Program-made: the position numbers and the translations under genes
Assembly (NCBI RefSeq): GCF_009914755.1
Contig: NC_060939.1
Reading direction: 5' to 3' (one strand)
DNA: 64,000 nucleotides
Source of the DNA: the human T2T-CHM13v2.0 reference genome, Homo sapiens
In this document: in pieces, positions 45,244 through 64,000 of the stretch
How the letters are laid out: each line of letters starts with the position of its first letter
How positions within the stretch are numbered: position 1 is the first letter of the stretch
Notes under the pieces: model-generated
Seen by the model: the letters and a program-made list of their open reading frames with translations, nothing else
What the model was told of the DNA's origin: nothing
Database searches by the model: none

Positions 45244-46423
45244 GATAGAAGTGCAAGGAGAAATAGATGAATCACTTTTATAGTTGGAGATATCAACACA
45301 CCTCTGTCAGAAATGGACAGATCCAGCAGGCAAAAAATTAGTAAGGACATAGTTAAACTCAACGACACCATCTGTCCATAGATGTAATTGACATCTGTAG
45401 ACTCTTTCACCCAACAACAGCAGAATATATATTATTCTCAAGCTCACATGGAACATTCACCAAGCCTCTAGCTAGGCTAAATAAGGGTAAGTTAGACCTT
45501 CTGGCCTAAGGTGTGCTTGTTAAAACACACTTTAACAAATTTAAAATAATAGAAATCATACAATCTCTGCTCTCAGACCACAATGGAATTAAACTAGAAA
45601 TAACAGAAAGATAATTAGGAAATCCCCAAATACATGGAGATTAAGCAACACACTTCTAAATAACACAAGTCAAAGAAGATAGCTTGAAAGAAATTTCAAA
45701 ATGGGCTGGGCACAGTGGCTCACGCCTGTAATTCCAGCACTTTGGGAAGCCAAGGTGGGAGAATCTCTTGAGCCCAGGAGTTCAAGACCAGCCTAGGCAA
45801 CATAGTGAGACATCAACTCTACAAAAAAATTTTAAAAATTAGCTGGGCATGGTCCTAGCTACATACCTTTATCCCAGGTATGCAAAGCTGGTCCTACATT
45901 GGAAAAATTAATGAAATCTATCACATAATTAGGTTAAAGGAAAAAAAATCACACACACAATCAAATCAACAGACACAGAAAAAGTGTCTGACAAAATCCA
46001 ATACCCATCATGATAAAAACTCTCAGTAAACTAAGAATAGAGGAGAACTTCTTCAACTTAATAAAGAATGTCTACAAATAATCTACAGTAACATCATACT
46101 TAATGGTGAGTAACTAGAAGCTTTCCCACTACAGTCAGGAGCAAGGCAAGGATGTCCCCTCACCACTACTTTTCAACATTGTATTAGAAGACCTAGCTAA
46201 TGCAATAAGAAAGACAAGAAAATAACAGGTATAGAGACAGGGAAGTAAGAAATAAAACCGTCTTTGTCTACAGATGACATGATTGTATATGTTGAAAATC
46301 TGAAGGAATCAACAAAAAAACCTCTTGGAAATAATAAACAATTATAGCAAGATTGTAGGATACAAGATTCATATACAAAAAGTATATTACACATCAGCTT
46401 TGAACAAATGGAATTCAAAATTA

Positions 46424-46603
<180 letters not shown>

Positions 46604-46606
46604 TCA

Positions 46607-46726
<120 letters not shown>

Positions 46727-47551
46727 TTAATTTAAAATGAATTAAAAAAAAACACAATACCATTCACATTAGCACCCTCAAAAATGAAATACTTAGTTAT
46801 AAAATTAACAAAATATGTACAAGACCTATAGAAGGAAAACTAGAAAATTCTCATGAAAGAAATCCAAGAGGAACCTAAATAGAGAGATATATTCTATATT
46901 CATGGATAAGAAGCTTCAATATTGTCAAGATGTCAGTTCTTCCCAACTTGATCTGTAAATACAATGCAATCCCAATCAAAATCCCAGCAACTTATTTTGT
47001 GGATATTGACAAAATGATTCTAAAGTTTATGGGGTGAGGTAAAAGATCCAGAGTAGCCAGAACTATACTGAAGGAAAACATAATTGGACTGACATTACCA
47101 AACTTCAAAACTTATTTTAAAACCAGAATAATCAAGACAATGTGGTATTGGTGAAAAAAATAGAAAAATAATGGTATAGACAAGAGAGCTCAGAAAGGGA
47201 CCCACAAAGATATAATCAACTGATCATTGACAAAGGAACAAAGGTAATACAATGGAGAAAAGATGACCTTTTTCAACAAATGGTGCTAGGACAACTGGAT
47301 ATCCACGCGAAAAAAAAAAGAAGAAGAAGAAGAATCCACACACAAACCTTACACCCTTCACAAAAATTAACTCAAAATGGATCACAGACCAAAATGTAAA
47401 ACAGAAAACTACAAAACTCCTGGAAGATAACACTGGAGAAAATCTAGATAATCTTGTGTTTGGCAATGACTTTTTAGCTACAACACGAAAGGCCTGCTTT
47501 ACAAAAGAATTGATAAGCTGGACTCCATTACAGTCAAAATTTTCTGCTCTA

Positions 47552-47782
<231 letters not shown>

Positions 47783-47924
47783 TTAGCTGGGCGTGGTGGC
47801 GGGTGCCTGTAGTCCCAGCTACTCTGGAGGCTGAGGCAGGAGAATGGCTTGAACTAGGGAAGTGGAGGCTGCAAGAACCAAGATTTCACCACTGCACTCC
47901 AGCCTGGGTGACAAAGCAAGAGAC

Positions 47925-48037
47925 TGAAGAAAAGAGGGGAGGGGAGGGAGGGGAGGGGAGGGGAGGGGAGGGAAGGGGAGGGAAGGGAAGGGAAGGGAAG
48001 GGAAGGGAAGGGAAGGGAAGGGAAGGGAAGGGAAGGG
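47925..48037. repeat. Polypurine (GGGGA)n/(GGGAA)n tract replacing an Alu tail
   Basis: More than 100 nt of purines only. Confidence 0.95.
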
Positions 48038-48134
48038 TCTTAAAACTCAGCAATTAGAAAACCAACAACCTGGCCAGGCGTGGGGGCTCATGCCTATAAT
48101 CCCAAAACTTTGGGAGACCGAGGTGGGTGGATCA

Positions 48135-48418
<284 letters not shown>

Positions 48419-48786
48419 TTAAAATACGCCAAAGACTTTAACAGACCTTCATTGAAGTATCTTACCAGGGACTAGGGGGAGCAGGAATGTGGAGTTACTA
48501 AAGGTTACAGAGTTTCTGTGTGGGTGAGGAAGAAGTTTTAGAAATAGTGATGACTGTTGCACAACATTGTGAATAATTAATGTCAATGAATTGTATGATT
48601 ATAATTGCTAAAATGGCACAGTTTTGTGTTATGCTGTATATATTTTATCACAATTTAAAAACAATAATGTAATATACCAAATATCATTGAATTGTATACT
48701 CTAAATGGGTGAATTATTGGCATGTGAATTTTATCTCTATAAGGCTGTTCGAAAATATGTGCCCACAAAAATGTAAAAATCCATAC

Positions 48787-48929
48787 CTTTTTAGGTGGAA
48801 AATAATTATTTTTGGTGCTTTGGAAATACTGGCCCTCACAGCAGTTTCTTGCTTGGTTTCACAAAAGGAGCAGTGAATTTCGTTGTTCCAGGTCAGTGCG
48901 TCTTGTTGAAAAAAACATTGGAGACAGTC
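48787..48929 (-). CDS. USP50: USP50 exon 5 [10 protein letters not shown]...HCSFC...[10 protein letters not shown](R) (missing from the ORF track)
   Basis: ttccttaacag| acceptor, AG|gtatgg donor; 143 nt, same length as the paralogous USP8 exon. Confidence 0.95.
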
Positions 48930-51126
48930 CTGTTAAGGAAAAAAAGGATTTGGTGACCAAATTGGATCAACTGCAACCTGCACTCTCTGTTTCTATTGGA
49001 ACTTTGCAAATGCCGTGGAAATGTAGTTCTCAGTGCTTTTCTCAAAGTCAACAAATCCAGAAGACAACAGTCTCACTAGCTGCAGCCAGATACCTGTAAA
49101 ATCCACCTAGAAGGTGTTTCTTTCTTGTTACTGAGATGGATTTGAGTGCCTACCTCACTTATAATCTAGAAATCAGTTTTTTTTGGTTTTGTTTTTTTTT
49201 TTTTTGAGATGGAGTCTCGCTCTGTCACACAGGCTGGAGTGCAGTGGCATGATCTCGGCTCACTGCAACCTCCACCTCCCAGTTCAAGTGATTCTCCTGC
49301 CTCAGCCTCCTGAGGAGCTGGGATTACAAGTGCGCACCACCAAGCCCAGCTAATCTTTATATTTTTAGTAGAAATGGGGTGATCTGCCTACCTTGGCCTC
49401 CCAAAGTGCTGAGATTACAGGTATTAAGCCACCACACCCAGCCTATACATCAGCATTTTAACTTTTCTGTTTTTTTTTTTCAGAATAATACTGATTTTGC
49501 AATTTTTTTTTTTTGAGACGGAGTCTCCCTCTGTCGCCAGGCTGAGTGCAGTGGCACGATCTTGGCTCACTGCAACCTCCACCTCCTGGGTTCAAGCGAT
49601 TCTCCTGCCTCAGCCTCCAAGTAGCCGAGACTACAGGCGCGTGCCACCACACCCAGCTAATTTCTGTAGTTTTCATAGAGATGGGGTTTCACCATGTTGG
49701 CCGGGATAGTCTCGATCTCTTGATCTCGTGATCCGCCCGCCTTGGCCTCCCAAAGTGCTGGGATTACAGCCTTGAGCCTCCATGCCCAGCTACTTTGCAG
49801 TTTTCAGCAGTGAAATCAGGCAGCTGCTTTATGCTATTCATCTCATTGCTAAAATGATCCGGTGACAAAAATGACTCTCAGGGTTTGGGGGTGGCCCATA
49901 ATAAAGATAGCAGAACAGGGATAAATTAGACCCCATATCCATAGGAGAGATCCTCAGTGTGGCCAGCTCCTTGGTTCTGCAAACCATTAACTGGAAGAAG
50001 AAGAAGAGCGCAGATTTTGTTTGCAGAGGAGCCACTAGCACCTTACTTAGAGTGTCAGGAATTTCTTTCCAACAATCTTTAGCAGTTTGAGCTGAGAAAC
50101 AAAGCCCAGTGCTGAATAAGTAATAGGATTCTATTCTCCAATTCTGGTAGGTAAAACTTTTAGCAATAAAATGTGCTTTCGTAATTTAGGAAGAAAAAAT
50201 GTAAATTTGCATAATTCTGCAAGAAAACTTATTGCTGTCCGCCCCTTGTTTGCTCCTTATTGCTGGCTGTCTTCTACTGCCACCCACCCCATGCCCACAT
50301 CCCCAGTTACAGATTAACTTTTGGCGTTGTGGTGAAGAAAATTTGAGAGGTAAACCAAGGCACTAGATTCCATTCTCTCTTTCCAAAACATTTCACAACT
50401 TTAGTCCAAAATATAAGAGCTCAAGTCTAAGAGTCTAGAATGTTTTATATCTAGTTCCCAATCTGGGCCTTACAGACCTCTGGGGTAAGGGAGGGTCATA
50501 AACTTTTTGCAAGAAATTATAAATTTCTTTTATGCACAAATCTACCTCAATAGACTCAATAAACCCCACTATATTTCCAATTTTACAGTCAGGCTATTTC
50601 GTTGAGTACATTTAAAAATATGATTGAATTCCTAGGAACTTTTGGCCAGTATGTCCCTATAAAAAAAAATACTGTCATCATGGACTTCCTCTTTCTTTTA
50701 TTTATTTATTTACTTATTTGAGACAGAGACTCACTCTGTCACCCAGGCTGGGGTGCAGTAGTGCGATCTTGGCTCACAACAACCTCCGCCTCCCAGGTTC
50801 AAGCGATTCTTATGGCTCAGTCTCCCAAATAGCTGGGATTACAGGTGCCCGCCACCATGTCCAACTAATTTTTGTATTTTTAGTAGAGACAGGGTTTCAC
50901 CATGTTGGCCAGGCTGGTCTTGAGCTCCTGACCTCAGGTGATCCGCCTGCCTTGGCTTTCAAAAGTGCTCGGATTACAGGCATGAGCCACCGCACTCAGT
51001 CTATTTTTTTTTAAATTAAAGTTATAAAGCCGTCTCTCATACTAAACAAATGTAGGAAACAGCCCCGAGAAAATCCGGGGCTGAGAGTATAGCGAGACAA
51101 AGTGTCCAGGAATACTGCATTCCTAC

Positions 51127-51342
51127 CCGAAGGGAGCATTCATATTTGGATGGAATGGGGAGTGAGAAGACAGTGAAGACTTCGTTCTTGTAGGTGCATT
51201 TCTCACACTTTAAACATACGATGCTATAATTGAGCTGCTCTTCAAACAGCTGGGTGATGATGGATGTCTCAGTGGTAATCCACTTCCTGCAGCATCTCTG
51301 AGTAGATCCTTTCTCATATGATCTTCTCCGGGAGTAGTGGTA
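51127..51342 (-). CDS. USP50: USP50 exon 4 YHYSRRRS...CLKC...ECSLR
   Basis: tgattcag| acceptor, CGG|gtagga donor; 216 nt. Confidence 0.93.
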
Positions 51343-51448
51343 CTGAATCAAGGAGCAAATTTCACCCAAATTAATTATTGGTTATTTAAAAAAGACTGTG
51401 GCAACATGGTGAGATCCCATCTCTACAAAAAAAACAAAAAATTAGCTA

Positions 51449-51610
<162 letters not shown>

Positions 51611-52479
51611 TCAATAAAATGACTGATTTTTTTTTCTATCAGAATGAGACATTGCTACCAGAAACCACTTAGTTTTGGATTCAGACAATAGAGTAAGATA
51701 TCCTTGAAAGTATATATATCATGTGTGATTTCTGATAATTCAGATATTTTCCCGTTAGATGAAACAGAGGAATGATGACAGTCTAACTCTGGTAAAACAT
51801 ATACCCATGGCCCCATAAGCTACCAGCCTTGGGAGCTAGTTTTTTCTGGAAGGGGGTAAGTAAGCTAAATTAGCATTAGTTCACTCAAGCAGATCTAAAG
51901 GTAAAATATTAAGAAATCCAATCTTTCCTGTCTCCAGTCCCTTCAGGTTACATTCTGCAGCCTTTACTCCTTTAACTTCTAGAAAACACTTTTTTAAAAG
52001 AGCAAATCTTGGCCAGGCATGGTGGCTAACATCTGTAATCGTCGTGCTTTGGGAGGCTGAGGCGGGAGGAGTTTGAGATCAGATTGGGAAACATAACAAA
52101 ATCCTGTCTCTACAAGGTTAATTAAAAAAAAAAAAAAAAGATAAGAGAGCAAATCTTAAATTTCTAAGGCAGCCTGGTGGAACTAGCCTTGTGGCCTGGT
52201 TTGGATCCAGCTCATACTCAGCAACAGCATTTCTGGGGCACACCCTGAATTTTCAGTGATTTAAGAGCCTCAGTGGAATATACATTTTGAAGATGTGTTA
52301 GCTCCACAGCTGGCTCTAATTTGGGGCTGTGCTCAGCATTCCATTTTTGCTTGCTCCTTTCATCACACTCTGCTGCCAAAGTCTTCCACCCTGACAGTAA
52401 CTTAATTCCCCTAATTCCTACTTTGATCTTGGGAAACAGAATGCTGTTTGTTTCAGATTGGCTGTAGAAGAGGACATAA

Positions 52480-52770
<291 letters not shown>

Positions 52771-53675
52771 TAGCCAGGATGGTCTTGAACTCCTGACCTC
52801 AAGTGATCCACCCACCTCAGCCTCCTAAAGTGCTAGGATTACAGACGCAAACCACAGCGCCTGGCCATGAGTACTTTTTTATTACTCTAAATGAAAAATG
52901 GAACTGAGATCTGCCAATGAGAACAATTAATAGCTATAGTTTGCAACCTTTATGCTAACCATTCCCTGGGTATTAGAGGTGCAGTGAGGTAATGTTAGCA
53001 GAAGGATGTTGCATAAAGTCAAGGACACATTTTCAGAGAATGTGGGTCTCAGACCAAGGCTAAGGGCAGTGAGTTTTGTAAATAAAGGCAAAACCTCTAG
53101 AGTAACTGATGATTTCATGTTTAATGAAATGTATGTCCTAATTCGGTGATGAACTCAGGTTAGGTATGTTTGGTATGAGGATGAAACTTTGTAGTGCGTA
53201 GATCTGTTGCTTAATCTAATATCAAGCTTAATATTTTCATGGATTTGTAGGTCCCAAGAAAATTTAAGCTATAAAGTTCTATATGTTATTTCTCATGAGG
53301 AATATATTTTGCACTTTTAAAAACTAGTCCATTCAGCCTCTATTTACAAAGAAAAGTAGATTAGTGTTTCCAAAGCCTAGCTGACCACTGGAAATGCCAA
53401 GTAAGCTTTCCCAAAAGACATTCTAATTAATTACCCTTGGAGTATTTGCCTTAAAATCTGTGTTGTAAAATCTTCCCAGATGATTCTGATGACAAGTAAG
53501 TTTGGTAAATACAGCTACACATTCAAATACTAACTTGGATGTTCTCCATGGGACACCTAGCACAGTGCTTGGCACAAAGTAGACAATATTAATTGAACAA
53601 GTAAAAGAATGAAAAATGGAAGCTGCTGATAAAGGTTCAGGACTATCCTATTTCAAGGTCATTAACTCTACTTAC

Positions 53676-53871
53676 CTTTTTTAGAGCTTCATGAAGTTCA
53701 TTTAGGACACAAATCAAGAATTCCTGAGCATCTTGTTGCATCTTTTTCGTAAATGCTGGGTAGAGGTTGCCAAGAGCTGACCAGAATATTTCTGGTGAGA
53801 CACAGTCTGAGTCTCCCAGCCACATGTCTGTCATCAGATAGGCAAAAGCAGTGGCAACTTCACTGCAATCG
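53676..53871 (-). CDS. USP50: USP50 exon 3 with QQDAQEF box
   Basis: ttcttcttccaag| acceptor, AAG|gtaagt donor; 196 nt. Confidence 0.93.
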
Positions 53872-54217
53872 CTTGGAAGAAGAAAGGGATATGTTTCTGG
53901 CTGATTTAATGAAAAGAAGGCACCTAATCACCCAAGCCTAGGAAATTAGTCTCAAAATGGAAGAACGTGGTGTCTCATGCCTGTAACCCCAGCACTTTGG
54001 GAGGCCAATGCAGGAGGATAGCTTGAGCCCCCAGAAGGTCGAGGCTGCAGTGAGCTGTGATCATACCACTACTTCACCCCAGCTTGGGTGACAGAACAAG
54101 ACTGTCTAAAAGAAAAAAAAGGATGCCAGGCTCAGTGGCTCACACCTGTAATGCCAGCACTTTGGGGGGCCGAGGTGGTAGGTTGGGAGGGGTGGATCAC
54201 TTGAGGCCAGGAGCTCA

Positions 54218-54514
<297 letters not shown>

Positions 54515-54664
54515 TTACTTACTCTAGCGTGTTATCTGGGAAGCTACAACCTCTACTGACTTGTTTGTTTATCTCTTAATAGGGATTCCAGAGTTCCTTC
54601 TCTAACCTCATCTGTGGGGAAGTGGGGGTGGGGGCTGGGCTGCAGGGAATGCAAATGGTCTTAC

Positions 54665-54859
54665 TTTTGCAGAGCGGTGATATACTTCCCGGTGAGAAAG
54701 TATTCCACCAGCGGCAAGATGCTGCAGAGACACTGTGAGATGGCATTCACGCAGCATGTGTTGCCCAAGTTCCACAAGCCAGTGACACCCTGAAAATGGG
54801 GCTGGTTCCCATCAGCCTCCTTAACTGGAAGGGTATCATAGTAATCTGTGCACTCTGCA
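54665..54859 (-). CDS. USP50: USP50 exon 2 with Cys box ([12 protein letters not shown]; Cys codon 54756-54754)
   Basis: aacacag| acceptor, AA|gtaag donor; 195 nt. Confidence 0.95.
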
Positions 54860-55319
54860 CTGTGTTGGTGCCACATGGGAAGAAAGGGTTTTGAGAGAAC
54901 AAAATATGTACAAATGACAATAAGCTTCTCTTAATATTATGAAATAAAGAAGAGTTCTTAATAAGACTTCCTCCAAACACATTCCCTACCAAGGACAGGA
55001 AGTATTGGAACTTGGAGTCTAAAATTGTATTATGGCAGAGCATAGTGGCTCACACCTGTAATCCCAGCCCTTTGGGAGGCCGAGGTGGGAGGATTGCTTG
55101 AGGCCAGGAGTTTGAGACCAGCCAGGGTAACATAGTGAGATCTTGTCTCTATTACATAAATAAATTAAATTAAAAACAAAATTACATAACTTAGACCAGA
55201 ACTGTGAACAAGTACCTGAAGCCAAATAAGACAGATAAAAATTTCCTTCTAAAACTAAAGCAAGACAACTGACAACTTGCTGGGCAAGTAATTAAATTAT
55301 TATTATTATTATTAATAGT

Positions 55320-55990
55320 TAATAAAACAATAGCTATCAGGTAGTGAGCCTGGCACTATTTAAGTACTTAACATGCATTTTCCCATTAAATCTTTCAACA
55401 ATTGTGTAAGGCAGGAACGATTATTTTTACATCCCATTTTACAGATGAGATGTCAGGTTTAAATGATGTAGTCATTTACTCATGGGGTGTGTGGTGGTAT
55501 GTAAAAAAAGGAATATCCACCTATCTGTTTACCTCCCTCCCTCTCTCCCAACATACCTATCCATTAAGATATTTGGATTTACATATATTAAGATTGTCTA
55601 TATATATTAAGATTGTCTCTATATATGTGATATATATGTATATATTTGTATATATATGTATGTATGGCATATATATTGAAGGCATAATATATGCACATTA
55701 AGAGCATGAATATATATATCTTAAGAGCACACATATGTGTATATGTGTATGTATATAGCTATATACATATAAACACACACACACACATATACACGGAGAG
55801 GAGAAAGAGCACAGACTTTGTAAAAATATAGATCTTAGTTTAAATCCCAACTATGCCGTTTATTAATTATAGGATCTGGGATTCTATGTCCGTTTCTCAT
55901 CTATAAAATAGGAATAATATCATCTGCCTGATAGGATGGTTGTGAGGATTATGCAGGTATCATGCAAGCTACTTGACACAGGTTCGTCTA
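55320..55990. mobile_element. Two oppositely oriented MIRs (about 55320-55455 on -, 55810-55990 on +) around TA/CA-rich low-complexity DNA
   Basis: atcccattttacagatgag and gtttctcatctataaaataggaataat cores. Confidence 0.7.
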
Positions 55991-56550
55991 AATGACAACT
56001 GAAAAATTTTTTTAAGTGATTGATCTAGGATGTCCTTCCCAGTAAGCTACAGGATTAGAGTGTTCATGTGAATTGCCCAGACCTGCCTGCACAGAGAGAA
56101 CACTGAGGGTTCCAAACGGGACCTCCTCTCCCTGCACAGAGCTTCCTCTTACAATTTTTTGTATTGTGCCAGGCAGCCTGGTATCTATGTCCTCTCGGAT
56201 TTTTCTTTCCATATATTGTATCTAAAGTTGGGGCTCCATGAGACAGTGACCTTACCTCATACATACTTTTAAGTACAGTTATGCCAGTTTGAAAAGTGTT
56301 CACTGTTATAAGCATGGTCATTTTCACTTTTACTCACTGATACCACAGGAGGTCCTAGACTGTCACCCTTTAGGAAGGACATGTATTTATTGCCAAGATA
56401 TTAGGTACAATCTTCCTTCCTTTCCGGGGACCTTCCATGGGTCACACCTGGGAGAACCCTCCTGAATGCAGTGTGTGTCCCCTGACTCCTCTGAGCTTGA
56501 CTTTCCCACCACTGGGCTAATCTAGAAAGCTGTAGTAGATCAAGGCTCAC

Positions 56551-56603
56551 AGGACGTGGTAGATATCGAAGTCATCTGCAGGGAGAGACGGCTGAGAAGT
56601 CAT
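56551..56603 (-). CDS. USP50: USP50 exon 1 coding part MTSQPSLPADDFDIYHV(L)
   Basis: ATG at 56603-56601 with A at -3; CT|gtgag donor; joins exon 2 in frame. Confidence 0.9.
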
Positions 56604-56828
56604 TTTAATGGAACCACGTTGGACTTTTGCTTCTATTCAGGAGCTACATCTATTCCTTTCAACTTCATTTCTCTGAGCCTGTTAACGCTGGCTTTTTGTT
56701 TTAAACAATTGATATGCTCCTCTCTCTTCCAGTAGCTGCGAACTGATTTTCACCTGTATCAGGCACCACTCCAACTTGGATTTTCCGTACATCATAATCC
56801 TTTCCATTCACCTTCAAGATTCTATCAT

Positions 56829-56842
56829 GTTGCCATGAGACA
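56829..56842. promoter_or_regulatory. RFX X-box-like motif upstream of the USP50 ATG
   Basis: gttgccatgagaca: perfect GTTGCCATG half-site about 225 nt 5' of the start codon. Confidence 0.4.
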
Positions 56843-57149
56843 CTGTTACTGGGTTGTCTGAAATGTTTTAGAAAGATTAGGCTCCAGAGAATGAACTACA
56901 CATATAACCTCTCTTCCTTCTTCCATCACTCAGTTTCTCTTGTGTATATATATATTACACATACACACACACACACTTAACATGTGCACAAAAATTTACC
57001 GCCACTGAGTTAGTGGACACTACGGCAACCCTGCCTGCTCTGGGCACTCATTCCCCCTTCCCAGCGACTACACCACACCTAGGAGCCCTGAGGGAATTTC
57101 CTCACCCCGGGGAGCGAGGATTTCCACTTCTATTCAGGAGCTAGATCTA

Positions 57150-57545
57150 TCCGGACTGAATACCGGATCAGAAAAAAAAAATTGCCATAAAAGAACATTA
57201 TGGGAACGATTGATGAAATTTGAATATGGATAATATGCAGATAGTTTTTTCTATTAATGTTGAATCTTCTGAATTTGATAAGATTGTACTGTGTTTATGC
57301 AAGGGGATGCCCTTGTTCTTAGAAAATACACACTGAAGTTTTTCGGGGCACAGGGGCATGATATATGCAACCTATTTTCAAACGGTTCAGGAAGCACACA
57401 GGGACAGGAGGACAGGAAGGAAGGGGACTGATAAAGCACATACTATAAAGCCAGTGCACCCACACGCCAGCAGTTGGTGATTCCGAGTGAAGGCCCACTA
57501 AAGAGCACTATTCTTGCAACTCTTCTGCAAGTTTAAAAAATTAAA
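57150..57545 (+). mobile_element. L1ME 3' UTR fragment
   Basis: gaaatttgaatatgga...ccttgttcttagaaaatacacactgaag...ggggcatgat. Confidence 0.7.
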
Positions 57546-57549
57546 AAGA

Positions 57550-57916
<367 letters not shown>

Positions 57917-58249
57917 TCAAAAAAAGCAAGGTGTTGAGGAATCCATAGTATGCACCCCAACTTATGTCTAAATGGTTAAAAAAAACCCACATATATGCTC
58001 AGGCTACACGAAGATATTTAGAATATTCATTCTTTGACACCTGGATAAGGAATCCTGGCAAGTAGAGCTGTCCTCTCTTGCAGGTATTTGATATTTGCGA
58101 TGTATTTACAGAGGTATCTCTCCAAGTCACCTCAGTGGTGGTTCTGCAGGACTTAAATCCTGTAAACTTGCTCTATTTGTCAGTGAGGCTCTCCCAAGTC
58201 CTTCATTTTCTCCTAATCAATAGGGTCTTTTAAAAGTTTCATTTTGTGT

Positions 58250-61980
<3,731 letters not shown>

Positions 61981-63057
61981 CCCAACATGAACACCTATGA
62001 TTGGTCTGAAACCTAATGGATTTTAGACTAAATTATGAATGAATGAGGATGAAAGGGACCTGGGGCCTGGTCTTCCTGTTAGTGTGTGTGTGTTTTTGAG
62101 ACAGCATCTTGCCATGTTGTTAGGCACATCCTGAACTCCCAGGCTCAAATTATCCTACTGCCTCAGCCTCCCAAGTAGCTGGGATTATAGGCGTAAGCCA
62201 CCACTCCTGGCCCTAGTGGATTACTTTGTAAAAATCCTCTCCTTCCCCTCCAACTTTTTTATTTCCTTCTAATGGCCAAGAAGTGTATTGTTTCTATATT
62301 CTATTTATTTCCTTTAAATATTAAAAAAAAAATAAAAGTAACCTGTTACCTTAATCTATTTGGGTCTAAGGTTTGAATAGCAAAGAATACTGTTTTATCC
62401 CAACCTATTTGGTTTCTAAACTCTGGATGCCACGAGTCTGTGTGAAAATGTACGTTAATCTATGTAGTTCCTGAGCTCACATAGTGAAAGTGAAGATAGC
62501 AAGGGTTACCCGTATTTAGAATTACCTTTCAATGTCAAAAATAACCATAATTTTTCCCAAATAGAAACGAAACCTTTAATGTGCTTTTACTATCTTCCCC
62601 TGAATCACTTTCAATATTTTAAAAAATCTCATTCTAGTTTACATTTTTCAAAAAACATTTGTGACCAGATGCAGTGGCTAGCACTGGTAATCCCAGCACT
62701 TTGTGAGGCTGAGGCACTGAGGATTGCTTGAAGTCAGTTCAAGACCAGCCTGGGTAACACAGTGAGACCTCATCTCTAAAATAACAAACAAACAAAAATA
62801 AATAAATTAAATAAAAGTAAAATAAATAAAACAAAAAAAATTTGTCAGTAAGCATTTAAATTTGTGTATTTCATACACCATTGTTTACTTCTGTGCCTCT
62901 TTTTACGTTGTGTCTTCTTAGATTCTTTTTCTTTGAAGATATCCTTAACATTTTCCAAGAAAAAGCATGGGAAGTAGACTTTCTGCGAGCGCCATCACCT
63001 GACTGGATTCAACTTTCTCCCTCTTTCCCCTAACAACATTGTTTTGCTGCCTCTTAG

Positions 63058-63810
<753 letters not shown>

Positions 63811-64000
63811 CCCAAAACACAAAAAGCTATGGTATCTCATTTATTAATCCAGAAAACGTGTATTTACTTTGTGCCAGTCATCATGCTAGGGGTATAATAC
63901 TGAAAAAAATACTAGTATTCACTCTCATATAGCTTACAAACTACTGACAACTTATTGACAACTTGGATTATTCTCTGTACTTCCAACTCTTCCCACGTTT

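Noticed and set aside
47803-48057. ORF with GREGK repeats
   Set aside because: Alu plus (GGGAA)n translation
56250-56340. Strong minus-strand donor (GAG|gtaagg) as a cryptic USP50 exon in intron 1
   Set aside because: No convincing acceptor; exons 1 and 2 already join in frame
57001-57020. Quasi-palindrome ccactgagttagtgg as a CTCF or other site
   Set aside because: Poor match to the CTCF core; short enough to be chance

Overview
Human (primate) genomic DNA from the USP8/USP50 locus (recognised from the encoded proteins; chr15q21 from prior knowledge). The + strand carries the last seven coding exons of USP8 (14-3-3 motif RSYSSP through the full USP catalytic domain, stop at 9169-9171) and its 3' UTR. 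The - strand carries the complete seven-exon USP50 CDS (ATG 56603, TGA 10852, 334 aa). The two genes are convergent paralogues with identical intron positions and phases across the catalytic domain, and the USP50 last exon lies inside the USP8 3' UTR. The USP50 stop is a Trp-position TGA four codons before the catalytic-triad Asp, with 37 more in-frame USP-like codons behind it. The rest is repeat-dense intron or intergenic DNA: roughly 70-80 Alu copies or fragments by manual count, nested old L1s, MER/Tigger DNA transposons, MIR/L2, one MaLR LTR and several microsatellites. Most ORF-track entries are Alu, L1 or microsatellite artefacts. Repeat boundaries and subfamily calls are by eye and approximate; exon boundaries were read base by base.
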